From the NCBI RefSeq assembly GCF_035594765.1, contig NC_085846.1, positions 8,233,190-8,297,189 of the forward strand: DNA of 64,000 nt. Reading direction: 5' to 3'. Source of the DNA: Anolis carolinensis (lineage: Eukaryota). The stretch's first letter is position 1. Each line of letters opens with the position of its first letter. A program made the position numbers and the translations under genes. This document shows positions 49,855 to 63,152 of this stretch, one piece after another. Below the pieces are notes generated by a model. It was not told where the DNA came from. It was given only the letters and a program-made list of their open reading frames with translations, and did no database searches.

Positions 49855-50680
49855 ATAGAATCAGAGAAGAGACCCCAAGAGCCATCTAGGCCAATTCCAT
49901 TCTGCCATTCAGTAAAATACATTCAAAGCACACCCGACAGGCGACCATCCAGCCTCTGTATAAAAACTGTCAGAGAAGGAGACTCTGTCGGAATCTCAGG
50001 CAGCAGAATCTTCCACTGTCAAACAGCTCTTATTGTGAGGAAGTTCTTCATAATGTTTAAATGGAATTTCTTTTCCTACAATTTGAATCCATTGCTCCAT
50101 TATGTCTCTAGAACAGCAGAAAACAATCATGCCCCCTCCTCATTGTGACATCCTTTCAAAATATAAACAGCTATACAATAGAGTCTCACTTATCCAAGAC
50201 TCGCTTATCCAAGGTTCTGGATTATCCAATGCATTTTTGTAGTCAATGTTTTCAATATATTGTGATATTTTGGTGCTAAATTCGTAAATACAGTAATTAC
50301 AATATAACATCACTGTGTATTGAACTACTTTTTTCTGTCAAATTGTTGTATAACATGTTTTGGTGCTTATTTTGTAAAATCATAACCTAATTTGAAGTTT
50401 AATAGGCTTTTCCTTAATCCCTCCTTATTATCCAATATATTCGCTTATCCAAGGTTCTGCCGGGCCATTTAGCTTGGATAAGTGAGACTCTACTGTGACT
50501 CCATTCCCAACCTCCTCTTCTCCAAGCTAAACATACCCAGTTCCCTAATCTTCTCCTCACAGGGCTTGGCTTCCATGCCTTTGATCATTTGGTCACCCTT
50601 CTATGGATGTATTCAAGCTTGTCAGTACATTTCTTGAATTGGACACAGTATTCCAGGTGAGGTCTGACCAAAGCAGAAGA
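49855..50680 (-). mobile_element. Degenerate CR1 3' fragment with nested Tc1 MITE
   Basis: Begins CATAGAATCA (reverse of the CR1 tail). Similar fragments at 21190-21345 (+), 60884-61365 (-) and 61617-61790 (-). Confidence 0.7.
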
Positions 50681-53393
50681 CAGTGGGAAGTTTTAGGAGA
50701 AAGTTTCAGTTTTGGAAAAAGGCAGTGGCAAACTTCCCCTGAACAAATCTTGCAGGAGATTCATCTTCCAGTGCCATTTACACTTAAACTTGCTCTAGCT
50801 GAACTTGAACTCTCTTACATGGTTATTATGAGGGCAAAATATCTGTTGGGGGGGGGGGTAACTTCTGCTCCTCTAAAGGACATGATAATATTAATTACGT
50901 GAGGTGAAGGTGAGCATTGGGTGAGTTTTTGGAGGATCATCCCTGGAACCAGGGAAGTGGAATGTGGCTTCTTATTCCTTTGCATGCCTATGGTTCAGTC
51001 CACATGAATAACATAGATCTGGGTGGGAGCCAAGTCTTTGCGTCTCAATCAAGAGAGAAAAGCAGGATATAAATCAAGATGGTGATGATGGAGGACAGCT
51101 ACTGTTTACTAGGAATCATACCTAGACACAGAGAGGATGTTTCAGCAATGAGAGCAAGCCCCACAGCTTTGTGATTATGGTCCATCTTGAGCCCTGCATC
51201 TTGTTTTGTAGAAATCAACGACCAGCAGAAATATCAGTTAAGAGACAGAATGTGAAGATTTATTTTTGCTACATATGTCACTAAACAATTAAGTTCTTGG
51301 ATAGACATATGGTGCACAGCGATTCTGTTCTGTGATACATCCCTGGCTGCCACCACAGTTCTTCCAGAAATTTGCATCTTCCTATGATCTGTTGTGTACT
51401 TTCTATTATTTTGCTCACATTTTGGCATTCTTTGGACTAGGTTTGGGCATTGCATTTAAAAATTAGATAATGGTCCAATTTTTTGAAGCATTTGCAACAA
51501 AGAAGATCAGCATCAGGAAGCGGGATGCTTCTGCCAATAACCATTAAAAACCCAAAAGAGACGGTTGTTATTATTAAATAAACTAACTTCACTTTAAAAA
51601 TTGCAAATAATTTATTTCAGAACTTTTTATCCTTCCAGTAACCTTGTGAGTTAGGCTGAGACTGTGTTGTTGGCTCTATTTTACAAAAAAATGCTTCATA
51701 ACTGAAAGAGAATCTTAACCTTTCTGTTATTGGCCAGAATTTTATTCATTGGCATCAGCAGTGAGCATCTAGTTACCCATGAAGTACAGAACTCGGAAAA
51801 GTTACTTTTTAGACAATATGTCCTAGAATTTCTCACTGTGGGTATACTGTTTGGAAAGTTTTAGAGTTGTTGTCCAAATAAGTAACTTTCCCAAGCTCTT
51901 ATCGTGTATTAATCTTTGACCCTAATGATGCCTTGCACCCGTTTGGAGATGGGGGCTCTGAGGATACATCTATGCCTTAGAATTAATACAGTTCGACGCC
52001 ACTTGAACTGCTGTGTCTCAATGGAACCCTAAGATCTGTAATTTTGTGAGGCAGCAGCTCTCTTTAGCAGAGAAGACTAAGGATCTTGTTAAATTGCATC
52101 TTCCCTGATTTTATAGCATTGAGCAATGGCAGTCTAACTGCACTAATTCTACAGTGTAGAATATGTACACCAACCAAGAGGACAGGAAGAGGAGCTTTGT
52201 TAGGCCACTAGGTTTGCCCTAATCCAGAACCAATGAGTAAGACACATTACTAGCCTATAATGCCCTAGTGGAATAAAAATAGTAAGTTATCAGCCACACA
52301 GTTGCTTTCTAGGCTTCCTCGGATATTTGAAAAAGTGGCTAGCTATCAATTGATTAGCCTTCCAACCACAGTTTCGTGTCACTGAGGGAGAATTCACATT
52401 CTGCGTTCTAAATAAATTTGTAAATACTGGTATGTTCTCTTTTTTAGACATACCTAGCAATGCAGTATCACGAAAGAGGTGATAACTAACTTTACTTTGT
52501 GTATCTGTGCACACTCCTAATGAATTGTCATTGTTTGTGACTGGTTAATTTGGGAGCACAGCTGCTTTGGGCAAGTGGAATTTTTTAATTATTGATCTTT
52601 TGCGTGAGACCAGTTGAGGCCTTACTGATGCTCTGGGGTTATAGCCGCAATGATTTTTCATGATTGATGGTGGCTAGAACAGATGAAGTTATAGGGGGAA
52701 AACATCTGGAGGGATATGGTTGTCTGCCTTTGAATTAGAGTACGCCGTGTTCCTGGGAGAGAATGTTCCATGACAGCTTAGCATTCAATCTGATTTGGGT
52801 ACCATGTAGATTGTAAAGCCGTGGATCAGTGGCTGATAAATAACTTGGTTGTACGATACCTGGATTTGTTCAGTAGGCAAACAAACCCCTTAAACTAATT
52901 GCATCGCCTTTGCCTCTTTTCATTCAAATACTGCTATTTTCGCCTATCCAAGTGTGCTGTACAGTAGATATTCAGAATAATTTTTTAAATCTCTTCTGCA
53001 AATATAAAAGTGTGCAATAAAAGCTTAGCAGTTGCCGAAGCTTTTTCTAGAGTGCACTGGGCAGAGTGCTGGGTGGAAAGAGGGCATATCTGTTTGATCT
53101 CACACATGTGTTGTTTGTTCTGTTGGATGCGGGCAGGTTGTTTACTGGACATCATATTGTGGCATTTAATGACTTTCCTTTGAAAATATGAGATGAAAGG
53201 TGGATGAGAAAAAATTCACCAAGTTCCCATTAGGAAATGTGGTTTCTTGGGGAAATGATGGAACAACAAAGTCAACATCCATCTGTTGGGCTGAATTTTT
53301 TAAAACATGTAAGATTAGTTGATAAAACCACAGAAAGAGGTTTAAAAAATAGATAGGCCATCCATCGCATGCGTACAGACAAGCATATAATAA

Positions 53394-53664
53394 CACTATG
53401 TAACAAAGTTTGAAATATTTTCTATTATTGGTTTGAAAGTGTTATTTCCTGTTTAAGTGTGCGGTACTTACTTTAAAAGTAGTTTTTGTGACTGCCACAA
53501 ACTACGTTGATGGTTGAAACTCAAAGAGATATTCATTGAAAAACTATAGCAAAATGTGCTGCAAAATGTCCCACAAAAAAAAGTTTAATAATTTTTTTCC
53601 CTTGGTTTTATGATAGAACCAATTAGAAAATTATATTTATAATCCAGGAACAAAAATCGTAGTG
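53394..53664. mobile_element. Chapaev3-like non-autonomous DNA transposon
   Basis: CACTA...TAGTG termini with 3-bp TAA duplication. Confidence 0.55.
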
Positions 53665-54236
53665 TAATTGGCAACTTAGATATGAAAGTCAGGGTTGAGT
53701 CAAAAGCCAACAGGGTATACATGAAAGAGAAGGTGCCATAAAGTCTGGGCCAAAATGGTTGGGATTACTTCTATTGGGTGAGGTGACTATTGAAGGATTT
53801 GGACAAGGATAATGGGAAAGGCAGGGTCAGGTTTAATTATTCATGCTCCCTTGGAGATGAGAAATAGAAGTTTAATTTGACTGTTGGCTTCACCGTAAGA
53901 CCTAATATTGATTTGGAAGTTGAAAGACATTGTCCTGGCCATTTAATTTCATTAACCAACCTGGTCACCAATAGCGGTTTGACTCACCAAACAATTATTG
54001 CTCCTTTAAATTCAGTCATCAACAGGATAACCAGTGCAAAATCCAAACTGCCAAATTGGAAATCCAGTTTCCATTTTGGCTCCAGTATGCGTGGAATGGG
54101 AAATTGGTATTGCTCCATTATCTTGCTTGTTTCTTAGCAGAGAAGAGGCACTTCTTGATTGATTTAGATTGGTCACTGCATTGGGAGCAAGACCTTTCCA
54201 AGTGGTCCTTTTATCTGGTCTCTTTTTTAATTGCAG

Positions 54237-54302
54237 GCCCTGATGCTTGAAAACCTCCAGAAGCATTCAACCCCCCACACCACCTTCCAACCCAATTCCC
54301 AG
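54237..54302 (+). CDS. ACIN1: ACIN1 exon 2
   Basis: ttgcag|[22 protein letters not shown]|GTGAGA. Confidence 0.95.
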
Positions 54303-54589
54303 GTGAGAGTTTCATTTGAGATGTGGTTGAGGCTTTGGGAAGCATAGTCAAAACTCCACAACAATTATTTGAGGAATGTGTGTACATGGATTCATTCCTG
54401 TCCTCCATCTGGGGCTTGAAGTCATGAACCCTCAAGTTCCCCTCTCCTGGCTTCCTTTCTGGAAGTGTATTTAGACTCCTGGAGAGTCCTAACCCCATTT
54501 TAGTAGCTAGACTTACAGGTTTCTTTGTGGTATTAAAACCCTGGTGTCTTCTCCCCTGAAACCCACTTTTCTCTCTAATGTCCTGTCAG

Positions 54590-54701
54590 ATTGGGGAGGA
54601 GATGAGCCAAAACAGCTTCATCAAACAGTACCTGGAAAAACAGCAGGAGTTGCTGAGGCAGCGTCTGGAGCGAGAGGCACGGGAAGCTGCAGACCAAGAG
54701 A
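54590..54701 (+). CDS. ACIN1: ACIN1 exon 3
   Basis: [37 protein letters not shown]; donor A|GTGAGT, phase 1. Confidence 0.95.
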
Positions 54702-57032
54702 GTGAGTTTTCTTATTGTGTGTGTTCCTGCTGTCTTTTTCTTTCTCACACACTTTCTCCTGCTCTTCTCCATAAGACTTCAAGGAAGTTTGTCTTTCAGA
54801 ACCAAAAAATTAAGTCACATTCCAGGATGCTGTCTGGGAGTTGTAGTCCAAAGATCATTTTTTTTCAAACTGTCGTTCTCTTTGCTTAGCCTTTGCTTCT
54901 ATTAACTCAAATGCTAGCAAGAATAGCTCACCTCTGGCAAAGAACAAGACAATTCCGTAGCCAATGTATTTGTTTTATACTGAGGTTTGTGTCATTTTCA
55001 ATGGGGAAAATGGTACCAATGCTCCATCCTTTTAATAGAAGAAGAAATGAAGATTCTACTATTCAACCAGGGGCAAAGAAAGACTCTGAGAATCCAGATA
55101 ATGTTAATGATTTGGGGGAATCAGTTCTAAAAAAATCTTTTCATTTCAGATTTAATGGAATTTGGAAAAAAGATTGAAATGATAAGCAGAAAGATGGAAG
55201 AATGAGTGTGCTGCTTTTGTCAGCTAGTGCTGGTCTTTTCACTAGCCTGATTTTATTACAGGTTTTTTTGGCTGTTTGTATTCTATCACTTTTATTGACT
55301 GCAGTAAGTTGCCTTGAGGTTGTTTTGAGCCAAAAGGCAGGGTATAAATTCCATAAGAAAACAAATAAATGTCTAACTCAGAAGAGAAAGTAGATGGCTG
55401 GCAGATAAAACAAGTGCTTACTCTAAAAATAAAATAATAATAGAAAAAGCTCAACAAAAATGGGGAGGGGGAAAAGAAATGATGAGTTAAAAATTATCTA
55501 GAGCTTTCTGCTGAATTCTGCACCAGTTCTCCAGAGAGATATATGTGTAAAAACGTTGATCAAATCCAATTATTTTGTGGTGTCAGTTTTTCACAACCAT
55601 GACATAATGAAGGATGGATTATTAGACCATACAGTTTAGACTAGGTTTTGTGACATTTTCATTCACTAATTAGAAGGATGCATGGGTCGTGATAAAAGAT
55701 GGAAACAGCTGAATGTCTTTGAGGTAATCCTCATTATTTCTGCTGTAATTATTTATCAAGAGTCCAGCAGGCCTAGTGACTAGAACATAATTGCATGGAG
55801 ATTTTGGAAGATTTCCTCTATAAGAATATTTCTTTAAGCTTTGATTTGAATGCAGATGTGCAACCCCACAGTTGTTACTGGTTTTAATTCAATTCAGCCT
55901 TGCTAAATGTTCATAGCAAATTTAGTCTGAGACATTTTCTGTCTGGGATATAACTGCAAATGTTACCCTTCCTTCACCTAGGTATATAATATTTAGAGTC
56001 AGGCAAATTATTTTGGCACATGAGCTGGAAAGTTTGATCCTTGGTGATAAAATATAATAGCTTGCTATCCTCTCCTGATTCTTGAAATGTGCAACCTGAG
56101 GCCCCCATTTTCCTTTGTCTAGTAGTAGAGCTAGATCAATTCTTCTTTATTACTGAGGAAGATAGCCATGTGAACATTTTGAGCATTTGAGCTCAAAATC
56201 ACTTTGCTGCTTCTCTTAGAAAGAGGTGTAATTCTTTTCCAGCATATGGATGCTGTCTACTTGAATTTCAAGCCAACAAAGAGAAGGGGCCCCAAATGGG
56301 AATGCACATTTGCATCTTTCCTGATACTCCTCTTCCTTTTAGTTCAGAACACGTATGTTCCCTCAGTTCTTCTGCTGAAATGCTTTGTTGACTGGGAAAG
56401 GGGAGGCATTTTCATAAAACACCCAGAAGACCTTCCAGATGCTATGCTGCTCTGAACAGGGCTTAAGAGGTGACCCTGTTAACTATTGGTATCCGTCCCC
56501 ATATGTGCTGATCTCTGTTATTTTGTAAAGATCAAAGCTTGGGTGAAAAATGTACCCCAGCTTTCTGTGACCCTGTTGGGTGCAACTTCCAAAATCCCTC
56601 AGCCAGCTGTGCTTCTGGCCATCTTCCCTGTTGTCCCTGGACAACTTAGATTGTAGACAGATCAAAGACAAATCTGCATCTGAATTATGTTGTCTCACAC
56701 ACACACACTATCTAGCCCAAGGAGAAGATACACACTGGAGAGGAGGAGTCTGCAGCTGTTTGGAGTTCAGCCATCTTCTGTCTCCATTCTTCTGTCAGAT
56801 AGTGAAGTGAGTGAGCAAGGGTAATGCCAAAATGTCTATGGCGGGATTCTTTGCCTCAGGTCTTGTTCCTTTACCTGGTTCTTTCATAGACAGCTTGTGT
56901 ACTATAAAGTGATACTTGTCCATCCATTGTTCCCCGCCTTTCCAAGTTTCCCTTGCAAGCAACTTGGTGCTGTTTCTATCAGGAAATTATGTTCAGCACA
57001 CTTGTCTGATGGCTGTTCCATTCCTTTGGTAG

Positions 57033-57121
57033 GCAAAAGCTGCATCACGTCGAGGGAGAGAGGAGAGTCTGATGATGAACAGCCCAGGAGACCAGAGCAA
57101 CATCCTTCCCGGGTTAGGCAG
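57033..57121 (+). CDS. ACIN1: ACIN1 exon (equivalent to mammalian exon 5)
   Basis: ggtag|GC; KSCITSRERGESDDEQPRRPEQHPSRVRQ; donor CAG|GTAAAT. Confidence 0.88.
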
Positions 57122-57267
57122 GTAAATTACAACAGCGGCGCAGCAGGAGCTGAAAATAAGGCAGGGCACTCTAAAGCGGAGGATTGGATATGTGGGCTTT
57201 GCCCCACACACTGTAGGGGTGTGTGGGCAGCCTTTCAGAGAAGACTATGATCCTCTTTTTCCTTTAG

Positions 57268-58770
57268 GCAAGAGCTGTTAAACCCCCTCCACCGAGCAGT
57301 GAAGAACGGGAAACATCTCTTAGGAGTCGACGGGCCATCCAGCGGGCATCCATAAAAGATGAAGAGGAGGAGGAAGAAGAAGAAGAAGAGGAAGAGGAGG
57401 AGGAGGAAGAGGAAGAAGATGAGGACGCTGTCCCCTTGCTGCCAAAACTCTTGCTGCCGGCTGAGCCGGTAGGGCCAGCTCCCTTGGATGAACCTTCACT
57501 GCCTGTCACTGAAATCCCGCAAAAGGAGGTTGCAGCCAAGAGTCCAGACACTCAAGGCTGTGGCGCAGCTATCCCTCTTCTCTCCCCCACAAAGGGACCT
57601 GCTAAGAAGGAGATGAGGCCTGCTGAGGAGGAGATGAGGCCTGCTGAGGAGGAGATGAGGCCTCCTGAGGAGAAGATGGGGCCTCCTGAGGAGGAGATGG
57701 CTCCTCCTGAGGAAGAGATGGCTCCTCCTGAGGAGGAAATGGGGCCTGCTAAGGAGGAAATGGGGCCTGCTAAGGAGGAAATGGGGCCTGCTAAGGAGGA
57801 AATGGGGCCTACTAAGGAGGAAATGGGGCCTGCTAAGGAGAAAATGGGGCCTGTTAAGGAGGAGATGGAGCCCACAATGCCAGCAGACAGGGAAGAGCAA
57901 CAGGCAGCAGTCCTGGAAGAACCACAGGAGGAAAAAGGGGTACCTAAGGTACCAGGCCCTCAGGAAAAGGAGCCAGTCAAGGTTGTGGAATCGGAGACCA
58001 CAGCCCAGTTACCAGAAGCCTTAAAGGAGAGAGCGGATAAAGACATGGGGTGTCAGGAGCAGCAAGGGGTGACTAGCCCCCATGGGACAGCTGAGGTGCA
58101 GGCGGCAGGTCTGAATGAGGCCAGCCCTGCTCCTCTGGAGCCCCATCAGATGATGGAAGAGCCAGAGAGAGATGAAGACCAGGAGGAAGAAGCAGAAACA
58201 CTCAGGAGCCTGGAGGAAGCAGCAACGGCAGCAGCTGCAGCCCTGACCCAGGCATCCCCCTCGCCCCCACAGTTAACCGAAGCACAGCAGGCCCAACAAG
58301 ACCATGGTGGAGACGAGCCCCCTTTGCCCCTCTTGACAAAGGAAGCCTCGGCTGAGCCCAGTCCTGCCGAAGATGAGGTCCCGCCGCCGCTCTCCTGCCC
58401 TTCTCCCCCCGCTCAGGAACCTCCGGGCACAGTCAGTCCTGACATCCCTGAGGACAAGCCTGGCCACTTGCCATCTCCCTTGCCCCTTCCCCAGCACCAA
58501 CGGGAACGGCCTGAGGGCTCCAGCTCATCCCGCTCCTCTTCTTCTTCAGCATCCAGTTCCTCCAGGTCCCGATCTCACTCCCGGGGAAGCTCGCAACCCC
58601 GGTCCCGCGCCAGAAGGCCCCGCTCTGGCTCTTCAGAGTCGCCTGCAAGGAACCGGCGGGCTTCCGGCTCTCCATCTCGTTCTGGCTCTGATCGACACAG
58701 CAGTTCATGCTCCAGGTCTCGCTCTAGGTCCCGTTCACGATCACGCTCCAGCAGCGGGAGCAGCAGAAAG
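57268..58770 (+). CDS. ACIN1: ACIN1 large exon (poly-Glu, heptapeptide repeats, Pro-rich, RS-rich), 501 codons
   Basis: tttag|ARAVK...E19...SPSPPQLTE...PLLTKEAS...SRSRSRSRSRSSSGSSRK|GTGAGT. Confidence 0.93.
57595..57867 (+). repeat. Coding minisatellite, 13 x 21 bp
   Basis: Units such as GGGCCTGCTAAGGAGGAAATG encode GPAKEEM, RPAEEEM and APPEEEM. Confidence 0.95.
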
Positions 58771-60196
58771 GTGAGTGGAGTTCTGGATTGCCTGGCTCCT
58801 TCCGGGGTCCCTCTAGGCAGCTGCTGCCGACAAGCAAGAACATTTTTTAATCTTGTCAAGATCCTTGTATTGGATTCCTGAGGCAGATTAGTTCTTCTGG
58901 AACAGTCTCAGTCCCCAAGCAGCCTAACTTTTAACAGATGTTTTTCCAGGCAGGGAGAATCCTCATCTACCCCTCACTTTATTTATATCTCATCTTTTCT
59001 CCCAGACTGGGAATCACTTCATATCCTCATTGGGGGCGGTTTGCCACTCCTTGCTCTGTATTTCCAACACTTGTTCTTCCTGTTGTCACCATTGTAGCAC
59101 CAGTTCATCCCAGTTCCTTCCCTGAGTTCTGGACAGCAAATGTATTCAAGCAAAGTTCAGAAGAAGCCACGGCTAGTAGCTGCCAAGATTGCTGCCCCTT
59201 TGCTTGAACTCCAGCATCTTTGTTTGAAGCTGCAGCAGCAGCAGGGGGTGAAAGGAATTTCTTGCCCCAGGCAAGCTCCACCTTCAAAGCATACAGGCGT
59301 TTCCAGCCTAGGGCAAATCAATTTTAGGGCGCTCATGACGAATGTTGCTAGGACTCAGAGGCCCCCACCTGCCTCTGGCCAAACTTTTCAACCTATGGTA
59401 TGTGAAAGGAAACACTTCCCTTGAGCAGCATAAAAAAATAAGCATCCCAGAGGTTGTATTAAAAAGGAAATGGCTGGGGAAAGACCTGGAGGAGGTGGTG
59501 GAAGCAGAAATCAATTTAAGGCAGCTGCTGATTGGGTTTGGTAGATCCTCAAGCTAGATCATACTTACCGTAAGTGGCCAGAGCTGCCTTTAAAGAGAAG
59601 CAGTCTTGATAAATGATAAATAGACTATGTCAACTGCAGAGGGCAAGAACAACTCAAAAGGCACATTCCATCTTGTGGAGAGAATCAGGCAGGGAGGGAA
59701 TCTCTTTAAGGATTGTGCCTGCTCTTAACATATCAGTTAATCTTTCAAAACAAACAAAATGCCCACATCCCTTTGGAGTCCTATCTTGTACACATGCTTC
59801 TGTAGATATAATTATCTGATTGACAAATACACTTTCTTAAATGGGTGTTGTGGAGTTATCTCAGGGTGAATCTACACTGTAGAATCAATGTAGCTTGACA
59901 CCACCTTAACTTCCATGTCTCAATGCTATGCAATCCTGGGGTTTCTAGTTTGATGAGACACTGGCAGGTTTTGTCAGAAGGCTAAAGATCCTTTAAAACT
60001 ACAGTTCCCATGATTCCATAGCACTGAGCCATGGTACTTAAAGTGGTGTCAAACTGCATTAATTTGTCAGTGTAGATCCAGCCTCTGTTGATGAACTAAA
60101 ATTAATATATTTTGCTGGCATCCCCACTTCCCCCTCCACCCTGAATGGCCTTCCTCAAGCAGGTAAACCAGATTCTTTCTTTCTTTCCAATTCCAG

Positions 60197-60439
60197 TCCC
60201 GCAGCCCTGAAGCATCAAGGGACAGTACCAGCTACCCTCACACCAAAGAGCCCTCTCCACCGGGGGAGACCCTCTCACACCGCAGCCCCCAGAGCCAGCC
60301 AGACATGCCATCAAGCCACCAGGAAGAGGGAAAAACAGCCACTCATTCCCCATCTTCAGACCCTCCGAAGCATCTTAGCCACATCCAACAGAAGCAGGAG
60401 CACCAAGACGTGGAGATGGAAAGCACAGTTCCTGAACGA
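60197..60439 (+). CDS. ACIN1: ACIN1 exon (mammalian exon 7 equivalent); 3' boundary less certain
   Basis: ttccag|SRSPEASRDSTSYPHTKEPS...VPER; donor CGA|GTATGG, phase 0. Confidence 0.8.
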
Positions 60440-60709
60440 GTATGGAGCAGAGGGGACAGAAATTGGGAAGGGATTTTTCTTTTGGGGTGCCTTCACTGGT
60501 TCATCTTTGGAGGAGGTGGCAGTCAGAGTGGAAAAGGAGCTTGCCTTGGACTATAACTCCCTAAATCCCCCAGCCTGCATGGCCAGTAGGGGATTCTGAG
60601 AGTTGTAATTCCTCCAGGCTATTTTTAAAGCTCTAAGTAGTGGTTGAGGGAGATTTTGAGACCCTGGCTGTTGGCCTCTTCCTCCTAAACTAGGCCTTTC
60701 CTTCCACAG

Positions 60710-60810
60710 GGCAGTCCAGAGCCTCCCTCTCCTATGGAGGCTTCTGGTCTGGACAGCGAGGTCCCGGCCTGGGAGCCCCAGCATCCACCTGAGCAGCAGC
60801 ACTGCGAAAG
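60710..60810 (+). CDS. ACIN1: ACIN1 exon (mammalian exon 8 equivalent); gene continues beyond the window
   Basis: cttccacag|GSPEPPSPME...QHCE; donor AG|GTAAGT, phase 2. Confidence 0.75.
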
Positions 60811-63152
60811 GTAAGTATCTAGAGCCAAGTGATGTGGGCGGTGGGCGCAAATGAAGGACTAACAGGTCTTGATGTCACACACCACAGAATCAGTTGAAAG
60901 AGACCCCAAGGGTCATCCAATCTAATATCTGCCATTCAGGAAAATACAATGAACCTCCCCCCCCCCCCCGGCAACAGAAGGTCATACAGCCTGATTCTTA
61001 TCTCCCACCCCTCCCCGAGAATGAGAATCCACTGGACTCCAAGGCAGCGTATTCCACTGTCTACTAGCTCTTATCATAAAGAAGGTCTTCCTAGTGTTCA
61101 GGTGGAATATTTTTTCCTGCAATTTGAATCTATTGCTCATTGTCTTAATCTTTGGAGCAACAGAACATATGCTTGCCAGCCCGGCCCCTCCTCAATGTGA
61201 CATCATTTCAAATATCGAAACATGGCTATTGCATCCTCTCTCAGCCTTCTTTTCTCCAAGCTAAACATTACTGCTCCCTAAGCCACTCCTCATAGCACTT
61301 GGCTTCGAAACCTTTGGTCCTTTTGGTTGGCCTCTGGATACGTTCCAGCTTGTCGATACCTTCTTGTGAATCACTTGTGAACCAGAATCTTGCTGCGTGA
61401 GTGAAGGTCAGTTCCAGACTCAAACAATACTTAGGAATTGAGTAGCACCGCAGAGCTCAACTTGCAACCTTAAAATCAGCCCAGTATTGAGCCTCGGATC
61501 ACCATGTAAGATAATGTTCTAACTGAAGCAAACTGAAGGTGCCAACTCTTTCGTATGCGAGGAGTTGACACCATATTATTTCCGATCTGTTTCTTCCCTG
61601 GTGACTTCTGCAAACTAAAACCATAGAGTTTGAAGAGACCCCAAGGGCCATCCAGTCCAACCCCATTCTACCGTGCCAGAAATGCATAATCCAAGCACTT
61701 GTGACCAATCTCCATCCAACCTATGTTTTAAAATTTTCCAGAGGAAGAGTCCACCACATTCCCAGACAGCAATGTATCCCACTGTCAGGAAAAGGGCCAG
61801 TCTACAGCTCCCCATTTTAAGCAGCACAATTCTAAGGCATGTGCACAGTACTATGAAAGAACTCCTGGGATCCCGGATGGGTAATTTTACAGATAAATAG
61901 AAGCTCCTGTATTACTTGATTTAGAAATTAAGGACTGATGTCACTGCATGTTATCCCTTAAATCAGGTCAGGGTGTTGTTTTTTTCCCTAACCAGCACCT
62001 GATCCCTTTAATGTAACTAGAGAAGGCCTTTCTCCATTTCTGCTGTCACATCCAGAATCCCAAAATAATTCCGTTCTGCTGAAGGCATCATATTATTACT
62101 CTTGTGATTATTGGCCAGTTCTTTTAATACCCCACAAGGTAATTGACTGAGTTATGGTTGGGAGTAGGGGGATAAGCAGCTTTGTCTCAAACGTAGTCCT
62201 TCGGGACCTTGTGCGTGCCTTCGTGAGGAGACCAGCTATCAAGAAGGGATTCCAAAGGGCAAAAGCAGGCTTGCCCCTCATCTCCCCATGCTGATACAGT
62301 TCCTTTGACCAAACTGAGTTATGTGTCTTCAAGTAATTTCAGATTTAGAGTGACCCTAAAGTGAACCTATCACAGGATTTTCTGGTAGAATGTGTTCAGA
62401 GAGGGTTTGTTTTTGCCTTTTTCTGAGATTGAGAGAATGCGACTTGCCCAAGGTCACCCAGTGGGTTTCGTGGTTGAGCAGGGATTAAAGCCTTGGTCTC
62501 TCAAATTATACCATGCTGGCTCCCTCCAAACCAGTGCTTACCCAATGCTTGGTATTTTGTGTGCTAAAAGATAGGACTTTGCCACAAGGTACCTACAGGG
62601 ACCTGCTTTAACACTCCCAAACCACCCTTGTTCCACTTGGAAATACCGGCAGTTCGTTTCCACGGGGCTAATTTGAGAAGGGAGGGAGTGGTTTCAGGGA
62701 AGAGCCTTTTGATGGATCAGAGCCAAGCTGCCCCTTTTTTAGAACTTGGCCAGTGATGGGCCAGATCTACTAAATGGCAGCCTGGGCTTGGCCTGGTTGC
62801 AGGGAAAGTTATCCCTGTTGTTTTTGCACCAGTCTCTCAGAGCCACTTTTCCCCCCAAGTTGCAGAATGAGGCAAAATAATGGAGAGGCAAGGTAGTCAG
62901 GAGAACGGACCTGGGCGAAATGTATACATTGGGATGCTGGGGTGTGATAAAGGTGGGCCAGCGACCTCTGCTCAGGAAGCCTTCTGGTGGGCCAGGTCCA
63001 GATTGCCCCTTTAACAAAGGCTGGGCATTATTGGTCCCACTCCCCTAAATGTCTTGTTGGTTTGGTTGCAGGTTGGCACCTGTCTCTTGGAGCCATGTTT
63101 TCCCCAAGCTGCAAAATGGGATAAAGTAACTGAGAGTAACTAAACCCTAACT

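Noticed and set aside
57595-57867. Tandem repeats here and at 33565-34100 as a CRISPR-like array
   Set aside because: Eukaryotic DNA with no unique spacers. One is an in-frame coding minisatellite and the other is TE-derived.
60694-60709. Alternative upstream acceptor (aactag|G) for the last ACIN1 exon in the window
   Set aside because: It requires a phase-2 donor on the previous exon, and none is convincing.
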